NCBI GenBank assembly: GCA_963733055.1
Contig: CAVTBR010000001.1
Coordinates: 416,001 to 480,000, forward strand
DNA: 64,000 nt
From: Candidatus Bathyarchaeota archaeon
GTDB taxonomy: Archaea > Thermoproteota > Bathyarchaeia > 40CM-2-53-6
Reading direction: 5' to 3'
Shown: in pieces, positions 62,725 to 64,000 of the stretch
Layout of the letters: each line of letters starts with the position of its first letter
Numbering within the stretch: position 1 is the stretch's first letter
Made by a program: the position numbers and the translations under genes
The notes under the pieces: model-generated
Databases searched by the model: none
Told to the model about the DNA's origin: nothing
Seen by the model: the letters and a program-made list of their open reading frames with translations, nothing else

Positions 62725-63693
62725 TTATCCGGACGTGAGCTGAGAACTTAGAACTTTCTTGTCTCCGATGTTGACGATTGCTCCCCTGAGCACGCCTTCG
62801 GGGTATTCGCTGCCTGGGTTAACCACTAACGTTTTTCCAATCTTGGTAGTTCCTCTGGATTCGTGAATGTGACCGCATAAGTGTACTAGCGGCTGGTATT
62901 TTTCGACTTCGTGACGAATCGCCGTGCTCCCGGCCCCAAACATGACTGCTTGTCCCTTGTCGAAGACGGGTTTCGGTGGATAAACGGAGGCGTCCAGTTT
63001 CGGTACGGTATCTAGTCCGCAGTCTATCGGGGGTACGTGAATGTTGAACACGCAGTTCGCCTTATCCGCCACCGAGGAAACCATTTTCTCGGTCGCGTCT
63101 TCAAGTTCTTGCTCGGTGTGGTCGCGGGGGCACTTCCAGGGAGTTGGGTTGCTCCATCCTAAGTTGACCATTTCGTGAATTTCATCAATCTTGAGCAGCT
63201 TATTGTCGGCGTTTTTCACGTGGGGAGTGTCTCGGACGGCGTCGACAATCTCTTGGTAATCGTCATTTCCACCCGTCAAATAACAGTTAACGCCGAGCTG
63301 AGCGAGGAAGGGTTCGGCGCGATCCACCCAATTTGTTAACGTATCCTTCATCTGGGTCATGAAGACCTTGTCCACTTTCTCTTTCGATGCGTTTAGCTCA
63401 TCCATCTCCGCCTTGTCACAACGGTAGGGGTAGTAGCCGCTGTCGGTGATCTCCTTCTCCAGAGTCTTCACCTCTTCCGGGCTATGCAGGGTCTTTCCGC
63501 CCATGTAATCAGCCTTGAACGTCCCATCGCCGTAGTCAACGATTGGGACAAGCATCTTACCCGTCATATCGCCGCCTAGAACCAGGACGTCAACCTTGTA
63601 AAACTTCGCGGCGCTCAATATCTTATCATAACACTTACCGGAACCATGGAGGTCTGTTGCGAAGAAGATCTTCGTGAATTTCTTGTCAGGCAT
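62725..63693 (-). CDS. Calcineurin-like metallophosphoesterase
   Basis: DLHG, GGD, GNDD, HVPP, GHIHE and NPGS motifs. Confidence 0.9.
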   Translation of the reverse strand: MPDKKFTKIFFATDLHGSGKCYDKILSAAKFYKVDVLVLGGDMTGKMLVPIVDYGDGTFKADYMGGKTLHSPEEVKTLEKEITDSGYYPYRCDKAEMDELNASKEKVDKVFMTQMKDTLTNWVDRAEPFLAQLGVNCYLTGGNDDYQEIVDAVRDTPHVKNADNKLLKIDEIHEMVNLGWSNPTPWKCPRDHTEQELEDATEKMVSSVADKANCVFNIHVPPIDCGLDTVPKLDASVYPPKPVFDKGQAVMFGAGSTAIRHEVEKYQPLVHLCGHIHESRGTTKIGKTLVVNPGSEYPEGVLRGAIVNIGDKKVLSSQLTSG

Positions 63694-63876
63694 CTTGACG
63701 CATCTTCGATGATCGCGTAGGGAACTCGGCTTACTATAATTTATCCCTCAGAATTCCGGCGTGGAAAGAGCGAACTGACTCTCTTCGGGCGCGCGGTTGT
63801 CAGGGTCGAATAAACCAAGTCGAAATCATGAAGGTTGCTTAATTATGGAGACATTCATGCTTTCGCAGGATAAGTA

Positions 63877-64000
63877 ATGTTTGAAGTCGACGGCAGAACA
63901 CGCTTACATGATGTCACGCGCCTGCTTGTGGACACTGCGATGGGACGCAGCAAAGCTGACTTGGTGATACGGAATGGCTCTCTTGTAAGTACAAACTCCG
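63877..64000 (+). CDS. Probable adenine deaminase N-terminus (runs off the window)
   Basis: MFEVDGRTRLHDVTRLLVDTAMGRSKADLVIRNGSLVSTNS matches the L...A.G...ADL.I.NG start typical of adenine deaminases. Confidence 0.6.
   Translation, partial: MFEVDGRTRLHDVTRLLVDTAMGRSKADLVIRNGSLVSTNS

Overview
A gene-dense window that is very probably archaeal; a Bathyarchaeia-like lineage is an inference. Supporting signs are an Orc1/Cdc6 remnant, four APC permeases with FxRxA[ST]GL N-termini and (I/L)PP(E/L) C-termini, a Dph6-like protein, a DUF369 cyclophilin-like protein and TATA-like boxes ~25 nt before start codons. Four parts: (1) 1-7.5 kb: liv-type ABC transporter plus a pyrimidine/amidohydrolase cluster with a PyrB fused to a PyrI-type Zn domain. 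(2) ~7.5-21.3 kb: accessory/defence island with a Zn-ribbon protein, a broken cdc6, an N6-adenine methyltransferase convergent with a PD-(D/E)xK endonuclease, and a coupled operon encoding a MORC-type GHKL ATPase fused to a histidine kinase, a receiver-Zn-finger protein and an unknown His-motif protein. Further nuclease, glycosyltransferase and secreted-protein genes follow, separated by two families of repeated intergenic motifs. (3) 21-48 kb: bacterial-type peptidoglycan sugar recycling genes (anmK, murQ, nagA, AmiE-like hydrolase) and many D-amino-acid/amino-sugar-acid enzymes. (4) 48-64 kb: PLP enzymes, aminotransferases, purine-type deaminases and a hicBA module. Eight genes are split by single +1 insertions, most likely sequencing errors. 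No rRNA, complete tRNA or CRISPR array was seen.
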